Shown here one piece after another: positions 1 through 10,591 of a stretch of DNA of 64,000 nucleotides. Position 1 is the first letter of the stretch; each line of letters opens with the position of its first letter. A model generated the notes under the pieces. It worked only from the letters and a program-made list of their open reading frames with translations. It had not been told where the DNA came from and ran no database searches. Position numbers and translations under genes: made by a program. The stretch spans positions 352,001-416,000 of the forward strand of contig CAVQNG010000005.1 in assembly GCA_963713825.1 (NCBI GenBank), read 5' to 3'. Origin of the DNA: an uncultured Acidobacteriota bacterium (GTDB taxonomy: Bacteria > Acidobacteriota > Thermoanaerobaculia > Multivoradales > JAHEKO01).

Positions 1-148
1 GCAGGGCGCCTTCGAACGGCTATCCAAGGGATTCTCCGAGGAGAGTCTCCACACCTGGATGTGGGAGAATCCGGTTCGGATCCTGGGCAATCGGGACCTG
101 GTTTCGGCTGTTTGAATGCAGGCTTGGAAGGGGGGGAGGCTGAGCGGC

Positions 149-1462
149 ATGAAACAGGTAGGACCCAAAAGTAGACTTGGGGAGTGGTGCAAGCGATGCC
201 TGGGAGTCGTAGGAGCTCTCTTCCTCTGCCAACTCCTGTTCCAGCCAACCGCGTCGGCTCAGTTCACTCAGTACACGCCACCTGGCACCTTCAATGAGAG
301 CCGGGAAAGCACTGATCTCGTTCTCCAGCGCAACATCGACGAGGCCCGTTGGAAGGCAGGCCGCGTTCTGCTGGATCCTTGGTTTGGCGTGAGAGATATC
401 GGTTACGTCAGTAACGTTCAAGGCACGGGCGTCTCCGACTACACCGCCACCGCGGGAATCGGCATCCGAGGATGGCTGCCGCTCGGCTCGGAATTCACCC
501 TCGCTGCCCACTTTCTTCCAGAGTATGTCTGGTGGAAGGACCTCACGAGCCGGAACCGATGGAACGGTCGCTACGGCGTCGGGCTCTTCGGCAATCTTGG
601 ACGAACCGGCCTGGAGCTGTCGGCTACACGCGTTGATGATGCGACCTTCTTCAGCCGGGAGTTCGAGGACCGGGTCAACAACCGAGTCGACGAAGTCCTG
701 GCCAAAGTCGAGGTCGATCTGGGACGTAGCTTCAGGCTGTTCACGAGTGGAACCGTACGGTCGATCAACTACCTGCCCGATGACGAGGATGATGTCATCG
801 GGTTGAGCGCAGTCGATCGCGATGAGGGGATCTTCCGTCTTGGAGTCGGCTTCACCCTGCCGCGGGGCTTCGAGGTCGGTGTCGGGATCGAGGCCTCTGA
901 TGTCAGCTTCGATCCAGGACCTAGTGATTTTTCCAACTCGGGCCTCTCACCGCTGATCCTGGCACGCTACGAGGGGTCGTCTCTCAGCTTCGACGCGGAT
1001 ATGGCATTTCGCTCGTTGGACCCGGAAGGCAGTGGCTCCCGATTCGTCGAGTACGATGGCACTACGGGTCACCTTCAGCTGGGGTGGCGAACCATGGGTC
1101 GTTTGCAGCTCCAGCTGTTCGGCGGTAGGGACCTCGTGTATTCCTTCTCAGACCTCTGGGCCTATTTCGAGGACTCTTCGATCGGCGTCGGCTTGCGGGG
1201 AGGATTGAGCTCCTGGGCCAACGCTCGTGTCTTCGTGGAAACCGGCGACAACGAGTACACACCCATCGAATCGAGTGGCCCTTACCGCGCCGATGACTAC
1301 TCGGCCTGGGGCGGAGACATCGATTTGAAGTTCGACCGGGTGAGGGTCTACTTGCAGGTCAGCCGAACCAGCTATGACTCGAACTTCCCCGGAGGGGACC
1401 GAGACTTGACCATTTGGAGCTCCTCGATCGGACTTGGCTTCGGCAGTGGCCTGTCGTGGTGA
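149..1462 (+). CDS. Outer-membrane beta-barrel protein associated with polysaccharide export
   Basis: ATG at 149 follows a GGAGG. Signal-peptide-like segment ends ...PTASA-Q. Amphipathic beta-strand pattern rich in aromatics/Gly, C-terminal Trp. Lies directly upstream of an OPX gene. Confidence 0.65.
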   Translation: MKQVGPKSRLGEWCKRCLGVVGALFLCQLLFQPTASAQFTQYTPPGTFNESRESTDLVLQRNIDEARWKAGRVLLDPWFGVRDIGYVSNVQGTGVSDYTATAGIGIRGWLPLGSEFTLAAHFLPEYVWWKDLTSRNRWNGRYGVGLFGNLGRTGLELSATRVDDATFFSREFEDRVNNRVDEVLAKVEVDLGRSFRLFTSGTVRSINYLPDDEDDVIGLSAVDRDEGIFRLGVGFTLPRGFEVGVGIEASDVSFDPGPSDFSNSGLSPLILARYEGSSLSFDADMAFRSLDPEGSGSRFVEYDGTTGHLQLGWRTMGRLQLQLFGGRDLVYSFSDLWAYFEDSSIGVGLRGGLSSWANARVFVETGDNEYTPIESSGPYRADDYSAWGGDIDLKFDRVRVYLQVSRTSYDSNFPGGDRDLTIWSSSIGLGFGSGLSW

Positions 1463-1511
1463 TCGACTTCGCAAGATTCCCGAGCATCAGTTGGGTAGAC
1501 TTCCCTTGATC

Positions 1512-2387
1512 ATGAAGATTCGAAAGCTCGATATCTCTTGTTGGACGCTCCTGCTGGGGGCGGTCTTGGTATTGACGGCTGTGAGCTCCATTGCTCAAAC
1601 GGGCGCGACGCCGGCCGCGGATTCGAGCGTCATTATTGGCCCCGGGGATCTACTCGAAGTATCTGTGCTCGGCATCGAGGAGTTGAGCCGACGTGTGCAG
1701 GTCCTTGGTGATGGTTCCATCACCTTGCCCCCGCTCGGAAACTTCGTCGTTGCCGGCCAAACAGTTCAGCAGCTGGAGGCTACTGTGGCCAAGATGTTGG
1801 CCGACAATCGCCTGGTCAACGATCCTCAGGTCTCCATTTTCGTGGCCGAGTCGGTCGGCGGTGGAGTGTCGGTCCAAGGGGCGGTGCTCAAACCCGGCAG
1901 GTACAACCTCGTAGGCAGCAATACCCTGATCGAGGTCGTCGGTCAGGCCGGTGGTCTGGCCCACGACGCGGGCGGCCGCATCCTGGTTATGCGTGGGAGT
2001 CCCGAAATGGGCCAAGAGACCCTCGAGATCGATGTAGAGAGGCTCATGGAGGCAGGCGATGTGACGGCCAACATCAGCCTGCGCCCTGGCGACATTGTGG
2101 TAGTGCCGCGAGGTCGCAAGCTGCGGGTTTACGTCACCGGTGCTGTGAAGAGGCCTGGTGCAGTCGAGTACTCGAGTACGGAAGGGATCACGGTGCTCCA
2201 GGCAATCACCGCTGCCGGTGGCCCCACCGAACGCGCCAACCTCAAGAAAGTCACTATCAACCGCCGCCTCTCCGATGGCACGGAAGACCGCCTCCAGGTC
2301 AACGTCAAGAAGATCCAGAACGGCAAGGAGCCGGACCTACTGCTGGACCGCAACGACACGGTAGTGGTGGGGGAGTGGTTGCTTTGA
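1512..2387 (+). CDS. Polysaccharide export protein (OPX/Wza family; Poly_export + SLBB domains)
   Basis: IGPGDLLEVSV...DGSITLPPLG...AGQT..QLE (PES motif), then repeated V.V.GAV..PG.Y / AGG SLBB units. Start placed at ATG 1512, ahead of the signal peptide. Confidence 0.9.
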   Translation: MKIRKLDISCWTLLLGAVLVLTAVSSIAQTGATPAADSSVIIGPGDLLEVSVLGIEELSRRVQVLGDGSITLPPLGNFVVAGQTVQQLEATVAKMLADNRLVNDPQVSIFVAESVGGGVSVQGAVLKPGRYNLVGSNTLIEVVGQAGGLAHDAGGRILVMRGSPEMGQETLEIDVERLMEAGDVTANISLRPGDIVVVPRGRKLRVYVTGAVKRPGAVEYSSTEGITVLQAITAAGGPTERANLKKVTINRRLSDGTEDRLQVNVKKIQNGKEPDLLLDRNDTVVVGEWLL

Positions 2388-2552
2388 TGAAGGAGAGCAG
2401 TCTATTGGTGCCGTTCTCGATCCACTGTGTGGTGGGAGCGTCAGAAGATCTGCAAATTCCTCGAAGTCGTGAGTCTCCGGATTGGCTGCACATCTGGTCC
2501 CTGAGCTTGGCGCTAAAGCGCAGCAAATTGCATTCCTAGCTCAGGATAGGCA

Positions 2553-3896
2553 TTGTCCTGGATTCCCCATCTGCTTCGAACGGGCCCCAGCCAGGGCACC
2601 GTAGTCCGTGAAGTCACAACAGCATCGTTGACGCTGCTGTCAGTCCGAAGTCTAGGTCTGGCTCTGGGCTTAGTAGCCAACATCCTACTGGCGCGTTTGT
2701 TGGGCGTAGAGGAATACGGAGTTTGGGCTGTCATCATGGCAACCATTGCCTTACTCGTGATTCCTGCTTCGGTTGGACTTCCCACTCTCCTTGTAAGAGA
2801 GGTGGCGATGGCTCGTGCCAGGGATGACTGGTCAACTCTGCTGGGTGTCTACAAGTGGTCTTTGCGAGTGGCACTGGCCACCTCGCTAGCCATCGGATTA
2901 GTGTGGGGAGGTATCGCTCTTCTACTACCAATCCGTCAGGTTCTGTCTCCGCTTCTCATTGCTGCTGTGGCGTTGATGATTCCGCTTCGCTCCTTGGCGG
3001 TCGTGCAATCAGGATATCTCCGTGGGCTCAACCATGTATCCTTGTCCGCTCTACCCGAATTCACAGGGGACCGCCTTGTTTTAGTGGGCTTTCTTACCTT
3101 TGTCTACCTGTATTTGCCGGACCGGTTTTCATTGTCTACGGCGATCTGGATTCAGGTTGGAGCGGCTGCACTAACCCTGTCCTTGTTGATCGGCCTTGGG
3201 TATCGCCTAGTGCCGGCCTTATCTAGAATTGCTAAGAGCGCGAGTCAGCGATCCTCCTGGAGAAAGTCGGCATTGACATTGGCCGCGACGCAGGGTCTCT
3301 TCGAACTTCAGGCTCAGATAGACAAACTGATGATTGGCGGATTGTCCAGTCCTGGTCAGGTGGGTCTATATTCGAGTGCGCAGCGATGGGCAAGCCTCTT
3401 GGGTTTCTTGATGGTCACAGTTAATCTGGTGCTGGGACCGGTGTTCGCTGACCTACTGGCTAGAGAAGATCGGAAGGGTGCCGAACAGTTGGCGCGGAAA
3501 GCGGTACTGATTGTCTTCGCTCTTGGGTTCGTGGGGGCGATATTTTTCTGGTTGTGGGGTGAGAATTTGTTGGGTCTCTTCGGAGCGGATTTCATCGTTG
3601 GAGATAGCGCGCTCAGGTTGCTTTTGGTGGGTCAGTTGGTGAATCTAGGCGCTGGAGCCGTCGGCACAATTTTGGTCATGGCCAAAAGGGAGACTATCGT
3701 CACTGCCGCAGTGGGCATCTCTACTATCGTCAACATGCTGTTGAACCTAGCACTCGTTCGACGGTTTGGAGCGAATGGTGCCGCAATGGCCACTTCTATC
3801 AGCACGATTTCTTGGAACCTGATTCTCTTGTGGGCGGTTCGTCGGTTTCTCGGGATCAATCCCTCCATCTTTGGAGGTGCTCTATGCCGGGCGTGA
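2553..3896 (+). CDS. wzx: Wzx-type oligosaccharide flippase
   Basis: About 12 hydrophobic segments; LLARLLGVEEYG, QIDKLMIG..GQVGLYS and FGANGAAMAT are typical MOP/Wzx motifs. Confidence 0.85.
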   Translation: MSWIPHLLRTGPSQGTVVREVTTASLTLLSVRSLGLALGLVANILLARLLGVEEYGVWAVIMATIALLVIPASVGLPTLLVREVAMARARDDWSTLLGVYKWSLRVALATSLAIGLVWGGIALLLPIRQVLSPLLIAAVALMIPLRSLAVVQSGYLRGLNHVSLSALPEFTGDRLVLVGFLTFVYLYLPDRFSLSTAIWIQVGAAALTLSLLIGLGYRLVPALSRIAKSASQRSSWRKSALTLAATQGLFELQAQIDKLMIGGLSSPGQVGLYSSAQRWASLLGFLMVTVNLVLGPVFADLLAREDRKGAEQLARKAVLIVFALGFVGAIFFWLWGENLLGLFGADFIVGDSALRLLLVGQLVNLGAGAVGTILVMAKRETIVTAAVGISTIVNMLLNLALVRRFGANGAAMATSISTISWNLILLWAVRRFLGINPSIFGGALCRA

Positions 3897-4827
3897 ACTC
3901 TCTGTCCGATTTGAATCTCTTTCTTGTCGGCGCGCCGAAATGTGGTACTACCGCTATGTTCGATTTCCTCGGGGACAACATCCCGAGATTTTCTTTCCTC
4001 AGGTGAAGGAACTCCACTTTTTCGGTTTGGATCTGGAGATAGGTCCACCTGCCGCAAATTTCTCGACTAAGCCTCGGTCAGAAGAAGAGATTGCTCGGTA
4101 CTTGAGCTTCTTCGAAAGCGCGGCAAATGAGCCTGTACGGGGCGAGGGTTCGGTTTTCTATCTCTTTTCTCGCACGGCGGCTTCTGAAATCGCAAGTGCC
4201 TGTCCTAGCGCCCGGATCTTGATAATGCTCCGAAATCCAATAGACGTTGTGTGCTCTCTTCACAGCCAGTATTTGTTCGACGGGAACGAGTCTGACAAGC
4301 GCCTGGACGAGGCCCGGGGCCTGGCCGCAGACCGCTTGAAGGGTGGGAGCATTCCGCCAGGTTCTCATTTTCCTGCTGGCCTTCAATACCTAGATGTGGT
4401 CGACTTCCATACTAGAGTGGAGCGCTACATAGAGGAGTTCGGGAGAGAGAGAGTGTATGTGATACTCCTTGAGGAGTTCTCTGCAGACAATCGAACCGAA
4501 TACGAGCGAGTTCTCAGGTTCTTGGAAGTTGGAACCACGGAGATGCCCTCTTTTCGCAAGGTCAATCGGAACAAGTACGCTCGAAGTAGGATACTGAGAG
4601 ATGTCCTAAAACGTCCTCCGGCCTCATTCAAGGTGGCGGGAAGGCTACTCCCGAGAAGACTCCGCACCGAGATTAGGAAGAACCTGCTCTCTTTGAATCG
4701 AGTCGAGTCAGAACGGCTGCCTGTTGGCGGCCAGCTGCGGGAGCGTTTGATTTCCGAACTTGAACCTGGACTTGATGCTCTGGGTGAACTGCTCGAGGTG
4801 GATGTCAGATCTGTATGGGCCATCTAA
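3884..4827 (+). pseudogene. PAPS-dependent sulfotransferase, split by one frameshift (real or sequencing error)
   Basis: The frame from ATG 3884 (GGAGG upstream) gives FLVGAPKCGTT (5'-PSB loop). After the GGGG at 3971-3974 another frame continues QHPEIF..KELHFF..GEGS..Y..IMLRNPID...S (3'-PB motif). Confidence 0.8.
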
Positions 4828-5774
4828 GTCTCATCTCAGACTGCCCATTGTGTTCCGCGCAGGACAGCGAGGTGGTTGAGGAGATTTCCGTCAGCCAGAT
4901 TGCCTTGCTGTACGGCCGCTTGATTCCTGGGTATCACCTGGAAGGGACATTCAGCTCAGAGAAAATCACTCTAGCTACATGCAATCAGTGTGGCCTTGGC
5001 TACTTCACTCCGGCCCCGGAGCCCCCGACCCACCTTTACGAGGAACTCTCAAAACTCCCGTGGTACTACCGGGGTGAAAAGCCTGAGTTTGACTTCGCCC
5101 GGAGGTTTGTAAAGCCTGGCAACACAGTACTAGATGTTGGTTGTGGGGGCGCTGCGTTTGCCCAGTACCTGGCGGGGGGAAAGTACGTAGGAATAGATGA
5201 GAATCCTGACGCCGTTCGTCGCGCACGGGAGAGAGGTGCAGAAGTAGAGCAATCATCGTTGGAGGAGTTCTCAGGCCTTGGGTATTCCAACTTCGACGTA
5301 GTTTGTGCATTCCAGGTGCTGGAGCACGTGCTCTCGCCAAGCAAGTTCCTCGATCAGCTAGTTGGATGGACCAAGGTTGGAGGTGTCATCGTCATATCCG
5401 TCCCTGCTGCAGACTCGTTCGTGTCGCTGGAAGTCAATGAGCCTCTTAACCTCCCACCTCACCATCTGACATGGTGGTTTGATCGAGCCCTGAACTATGT
5501 TGCCGAGATCGAAGGTCTGGATCTGATTTGGCTTCATCATGAGAGCTTGTCTGAACAGTTTCGGGCCCGGTACTCGAGGTGCCTGGTGAACGAAGTGCTG
5601 ACGAGGGCCCACTTGAGAGAGCGTAGGATTGTTGACTCCTCTCAGCTGGGCGCTGTCGCCTTGCGCTTGTCTTCCCTGCTGGGGAGACTCGTGGAAATCG
5701 GACTGAAGAATCCCAGGTTGTCTCCTCGGGGACATTCAGTGACGGCTGTGTTTCAGAAGCCTCTACTGCCATGA
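4815..5774 (+). CDS. Class I SAM-dependent methyltransferase with N-terminal CxxC..CxxC (glycan-locus type)
   Basis: CPLC...CNQC, VLDVGCGGA, FDVVCAFQVLEHV, PPHHL motifs. Confidence 0.85.
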   Translation: MGHLSLISDCPLCSAQDSEVVEEISVSQIALLYGRLIPGYHLEGTFSSEKITLATCNQCGLGYFTPAPEPPTHLYEELSKLPWYYRGEKPEFDFARRFVKPGNTVLDVGCGGAAFAQYLAGGKYVGIDENPDAVRRARERGAEVEQSSLEEFSGLGYSNFDVVCAFQVLEHVLSPSKFLDQLVGWTKVGGVIVISVPAADSFVSLEVNEPLNLPPHHLTWWFDRALNYVAEIEGLDLIWLHHESLSEQFRARYSRCLVNEVLTRAHLRERRIVDSSQLGAVALRLSSLLGRLVEIGLKNPRLSPRGHSVTAVFQKPLLP

Positions 5775-7028
5775 GGGTCGCGCTGGTCAGCTCATTCGAT
5801 CGGCGGGGCGGGGCGGGGATAGCTGCCCACAGATTGCATTTGGGATTAAGGGCGTCCGGAATCGAGAGTCAGATGATCGTTCAGTTTCGCGATTCGGATG
5901 ACCCTTCCGTCGTTGGTCCTGTGAACAAACTGGAGAGGATGTACCAGAACGTCGGCGAAGCTGTGGATCGAGTGCCACTTGCATTGTATCGACAGAAGTC
6001 CCGGAGTCTTTCTGTCTGCAATGGCTCCCAGGCAGTGGGCGTAAGCGGATCGAGCGGAGCAAGCCTGAGATCGTCAATCTGCACTCGTTTGGAGGCGGAT
6101 TCTTGAGTTTGGGAAGCGTGGCTCGGGTTGGGGTTCCGATCGTATGGACCATGCACGACAAGTGGTGCCTTTCCGGAGGTTGCCACTTCTCCGGCACGTG
6201 TAGGGCTTATTCTGAATGTTGTGGGCGCTGTCCAATCCTCGGGAGTAGATTCTCTTGGGATCTCTCACGATGGGTTTGGAAGAGAAAGAAGCACCTCTAT
6301 TCAAGAAAACTCATCTGCTTTGTGACCCCGAGCCAGTGGTTGGGCTCAAGAGGCTCGACAGAGTTCTCTATTGGGAGGTGCCCGAGTTGAGGTTATTCCG
6401 AACGGGATCGACCTCGATCGGTTCTGTCCGGTCGAGAAACGCGCTGCCCGTGAGGTACTTGGATTGGACCCGGATTCGCCCGTAGTCCTTTTCGGTGCGG
6501 AATCTGCGGCGGTCGACGATCGCAAAGGGCACCAGTTCCTGTCGCCGACACTTGCTTCGCTGGGAGCTCTGAACCTACCGAGGCCGGTGAAGTTGCTTGT
6601 TTTCGATGCCGGTTTCGATTCGAAGGCAATGTAGAACAACCTTATGAAGTGAAATTTCTGGCCGCCTCGAAGACGATCTAGCCTTGAAGATCGCCTACTC
6701 TGCCGCAGATGTGTTTCTTTGCCCCTCGACGGAGGACAATCTGCCAAACACCGTTGTCGAGGCGATGGCCTGCGGGACCCCAACAGTTGCATTCTCTGTC
6801 GGTGGACTTCCAGAGCTTATCGATCAGGGGAGAACAGGCTATTTGGCGGAACCTTTTGATGTGCAAGATTTGGCAAAGGGTATATTGGATGTTCTTCTCA
6901 ATCCTGAGTTTGCACGCGAGGCGCGAGCAAAGGCGGTTCGTGAGTTCGATGCCAGCCTCCAGGCCAGCCGATACGATGCTCTCTTTCAGGAGTTAATTGC
7001 CAGTAGTAGTCGATCGAGCAGTGGCTGA
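5771..7028 (+). pseudogene. GT4-family glycosyltransferase broken into several frames
   Basis: Consecutive fragments read GGAGIAAHRLH, IVNLH, VWTMHD.W..SGGCH, VTPSQWL, VIPNGID, AYSAADVF..PS.EDNLPNTVVEAMACGTP. Frameshifts at about 6000, 6342, 6620 and 6660. Confidence 0.8.
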
Positions 7029-7252
7029 GCGAAGATCCCAGAAATCGATCTTCGACTCTCCTCTCGGTGAGTTATGGGATCTGGCTCCCAGTACAGAGGA
7101 CATTCGGTCACCCCGGTGGAGAACGCGCGCTCTAGTCTCGTACATTGATCAATGGCGGAGACCAGAGAAGGGACTTGTCCGACGGTGCGAGAGTCCGCTA
7201 CTTGACTTATCCAAGGTCGGTACGGCGCACCCAGTATGGAGCCGAATCTGAA

Positions 7253-8302
7253 ATGAACAAGATTAGCCTTCAGCGGTCGCTCCCGGACGACAGACCGTTG
7301 GGAGTTGGAATTGTCATTCTGAACTGGAACGGCTGGTCAGACACTATCGACCTCCTGAACAGTCTCGAAGAGGTCGACTACCAACCGCTGTCTGTTGTGG
7401 TTATCGACAATGCTTCGTCAGACGAATCTGTGAAGCGAATTGAAGAGTGGATGAGGCAAAGCCAGTCTCCCTACCGTGTTCTTCAGACTCCCAGAGACCT
7501 TCAGGAAGGGGCCTTGGAAAACACTGCATCGAAAATGGGGAGTCTTGGACCGGGTTTCAATCTCGTCTGTTCGCACACGAACCTGGGTTTTTGTCGCGGT
7601 AATAACCTCGGCATGGAGTTGGCTTTTCAGAGCGGCACAGACATTGCCGTCGTTCTCAACAATGACACCCTCGTATCCAAGGGGTTTCTTGCACCGATGG
7701 TAGACGTGGTCGAGAACAATCCAGATGTAGGAGTTGTTGGGGGAGTAATCACCTACTGCTCGGATCCGAATATCATTTGGTACGCTGGTGGAAAATTCAA
7801 CAGATTCCTAACCGCTCACAGGCTCGGAAACGGAGAACCTCTGTCGTCTCTAAAGGCGACAGGCCCGTTCGATACTGAGTGGATCAGCGGTTGCATGACC
7901 CTGATCCCCGCTTGGGTCTACGAGAAGACCAAGGGTTTTTCAGAGGAGTACTTCATCTGGAGCGAGGAGTGGGACCACTCTCTTCGTGTATCTCAGGCAG
8001 GCTATCGGCTGGTGGTTGTACCGGCTGCGAGGATCTGCCACAAGATCGGAAAGTCACTTGGGGTCATGAAGCCACTCAACTACTACTACGGTATCCGGAA
8101 CGGACTCCTGTTTCAGCGCAAGTTCCTCCCGTACTATCTCTGGTATCCATATTTTGGCTACTACCTTGTGAACAGAGCGGTTCGCTATCTCCAACTTGCG
8201 CTTGTAGGCCGGGCAGACCTGGCGGTTGCTGGATTTGCGGCGATCCGCGATTTCATTCTCGGCAGGAGTGGGATGTGGCGGGCACAAAAGCGAGACTCCT
8301 AG
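7253..8302 (+). CDS. GT2-family glycosyltransferase (RfbF/WbbL-like)
   Basis: IVILNWNG, VIDNASSD, NLGFCRGNNLG, VLNNDT, WISGCMTLI, YYYGIRN. Confidence 0.9.
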   Translation: MNKISLQRSLPDDRPLGVGIVILNWNGWSDTIDLLNSLEEVDYQPLSVVVIDNASSDESVKRIEEWMRQSQSPYRVLQTPRDLQEGALENTASKMGSLGPGFNLVCSHTNLGFCRGNNLGMELAFQSGTDIAVVLNNDTLVSKGFLAPMVDVVENNPDVGVVGGVITYCSDPNIIWYAGGKFNRFLTAHRLGNGEPLSSLKATGPFDTEWISGCMTLIPAWVYEKTKGFSEEYFIWSEEWDHSLRVSQAGYRLVVVPAARICHKIGKSLGVMKPLNYYYGIRNGLLFQRKFLPYYLWYPYFGYYLVNRAVRYLQLALVGRADLAVAGFAAIRDFILGRSGMWRAQKRDS

Positions 8303-8391
8303 GCTTTGGAAGAGATGCGTCTGCAACATATTGCTGAATCCAGAGGATCGAAAGAGCGATTGCAGGCGTCTCATCTGACGGGGGGTCCTCA

Positions 8392-9627
8392 TTGAGACGT
8401 GCCCCCTGGCTGCTATTGCCGTTTCTGTTTCTTCCTAATCTGGTGCCAGTACAAGGAACAGGCTTTGGAGATCTGGAGTTCTCGGATCTTCTGATTGGGC
8501 CGTATCTTGCACTGGTGCTGTGGCTGTTTGTGAAAAGACGCACCGGCCGACGCAGGAGTTCGAGCCCATTGGCAGGTGTACTGCCATTCGCTCTCTTCTT
8601 CTTAGCGTGGGCATTTCTCTCGACCATTACTGCTGGATTGAGGTATGGGTTCGAAGTGCTGCTTCCCGTGCAGTTCGGTCTTCTCAAACTCCTGAAGTTC
8701 TCGGTCTATGGTGTGGCCGCGTGGCTTACGGTTGGCCTAGTGAGCAATGGTCGTGATTTGACTAGATTTCTCTGGGCGATCGCAGTAGGCGCACTCGTGA
8801 TGGCAGCATCCATGAGTCTGTCAGCTCCAGGGTCGAGTGATTCTTCAATCGGCGGACTGTTCGAGTACAAGTCAGAGAACGCGGCGAGTGTGGGGCTAGC
8901 CATTCTGATCATGTTCCTTGGGGCGGCTTTCGCCGCTAACTGGGGATCCCGAAAGTGGCGGTCTGCAGCGCCGTGGGTGCTGGTTGCGGTGTTCCTGGGG
9001 TTCGCCTTCTCAGAAGGTCGCGGTGGCTGGCTGGCTGCTGCCATGGGATTGCTATGGGTCCTGTATCGCAAGGGAATGAAGCTTCGATCATGGGCAATTG
9101 TCGGGGTGGTGATAGTGGTCGGAGTTGTCGTGTATCAGAAGGTGCCAACGTTTCAAGAAGAAATGGACCGGACATTGAACCCGGCCCCCGAGTATCTTCA
9201 CCAGTATGAAGTAGGGATGATGGGAGTAGACGAAGGTGGGCGCTTTTCCTATTGGCGCCGCGAAGGAAGCAAGATACTCGATGCGCCGCTCCTTGGGCGT
9301 GGCTTCTTCAACAGGTTCCCAGGTTCCGGTCTCAATTGGACCGGAAGTCACAATTTCTGGCTTCAGATGTTTCTCGAAACCGGAGTCGTCGGCGGCCTCG
9401 TTGTGCTAACGATTTTTTGGCTCTTCTGGACACAGTCGGGCAAGTACTCGCTGCTACCCAGCGAGGCGGCGCTGGTCGCGGGATTTGTTGGAGGGATGGG
9501 AGGTGAGTACTTTTACGGCGGGATGCCCTTGTTTTCGCTAATCGTGGTCCTTGCCCCACTTGGACTCCTGACATCTGAAAGAGCCTCACGAGTAATGACT
9601 GCCCAGTGGCCGGGAGTAGGCGGCTAA
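8392..9627 (+). CDS. Wzy polymerase / O-antigen ligase-like membrane protein
   Basis: Multi-TM protein with SEGRGGWL, a periplasmic loop, PLLGRG and SHNFWLQMFLETGVVG (Wzy_C HN..L...E.G motif). Confidence 0.8.
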   Translation: MRRAPWLLLPFLFLPNLVPVQGTGFGDLEFSDLLIGPYLALVLWLFVKRRTGRRRSSSPLAGVLPFALFFLAWAFLSTITAGLRYGFEVLLPVQFGLLKLLKFSVYGVAAWLTVGLVSNGRDLTRFLWAIAVGALVMAASMSLSAPGSSDSSIGGLFEYKSENAASVGLAILIMFLGAAFAANWGSRKWRSAAPWVLVAVFLGFAFSEGRGGWLAAAMGLLWVLYRKGMKLRSWAIVGVVIVVGVVVYQKVPTFQEEMDRTLNPAPEYLHQYEVGMMGVDEGGRFSYWRREGSKILDAPLLGRGFFNRFPGSGLNWTGSHNFWLQMFLETGVVGGLVVLTIFWLFWTQSGKYSLLPSEAALVAGFVGGMGGEYFYGGMPLFSLIVVLAPLGLLTSERASRVMTAQWPGVGG

Positions 9628-9631
9628 GATC

Positions 9632-10534
9632 GTGTCCCCCAAGCCCCTTGTCTCTGTATTGATGCCTTCGCACAACTCGCGGGCCACGCTGCCGATGGCC
9701 CTGGCATCACTGGCCTCTCAGACCGTTCTGGATTGGGAGTGCATTCTTGTTGACGACGGATCGAGCGACGATTCCGGAATGCTAGTTCGGAGATTTGATG
9801 ATCAAAGGTTGAGACCTTTCCGGTTGCATGAGAACCAAGGTCGTCCGATAGCCAGGGAAATCGCCCTCGGCAAGGCAAGGGGTAAGTACTTGTGCATGTT
9901 GGATGCTGACGACTGGTACTACCCAAGAAAGCTAGAAGAGCAGTTGGAGGTTCTGGAATCAAATCCAGATCTGTCTCTCCTGGGAACTGGCATGGCCATC
10001 GTTGACTCGGGTATGGAGCTCTTGGCAATTCGAGCGGGAATGCATGACCAGAAAGGCGATTCTGAAGTTGGTCGGACATTTCTGCGGCTTGGACGCCCCC
10101 CAATATCGCATGCCACAGCGATGATCCGATGTTCTGAGATCACTCAGGCTCATTTCGATCCACAGTTCGAGGTGGCGGAGGATGTCGATTTTCTTCTTCA
10201 AGTCCTATGGGGGAGGCAATTCAGTGAGCTGCCAGAACCTCTTTACGCCTATGAGGAACCAGACGCGGCCAATGTGGATGAAATGAGACTCGCTCTTCGA
10301 AGTTTGCAGGGAGTCTTCTGGAAGCATAGAAATCTGGGTCCGTCGAGAGCCTTTCGTGAAATCGCTGTGGCCTGGTGCAAGAGCCTGATCTATTCGGTAG
10401 TGGTGCCACTTGGTCTCGGAGATCGAATTGTTCGCCGGCGATCGACTCGACCGAAAAGTAAGGAGAAGGAAGACTTCTACCGGGCGCGTGCCGAAGTTCG
10501 GCAGCTTGCGCAAGGGATGTTTGAGACAGGCTAG
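9632..10534 (+). CDS. GT2-family glycosyltransferase
   Basis: VSVLMPSHN, ILVDDGSSD, ARGKYLCMLDADD, AEDVDF. Confidence 0.9.
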   Translation: MSPKPLVSVLMPSHNSRATLPMALASLASQTVLDWECILVDDGSSDDSGMLVRRFDDQRLRPFRLHENQGRPIAREIALGKARGKYLCMLDADDWYYPRKLEEQLEVLESNPDLSLLGTGMAIVDSGMELLAIRAGMHDQKGDSEVGRTFLRLGRPPISHATAMIRCSEITQAHFDPQFEVAEDVDFLLQVLWGRQFSELPEPLYAYEEPDAANVDEMRLALRSLQGVFWKHRNLGPSRAFREIAVAWCKSLIYSVVVPLGLGDRIVRRRSTRPKSKEKEDFYRARAEVRQLAQGMFETG

Positions 10535-10591
10535 ACACGAGGTGGAGCCGGACCACCAGGCTTGGGAAAATCGTGACTTCTCGACACCGGA

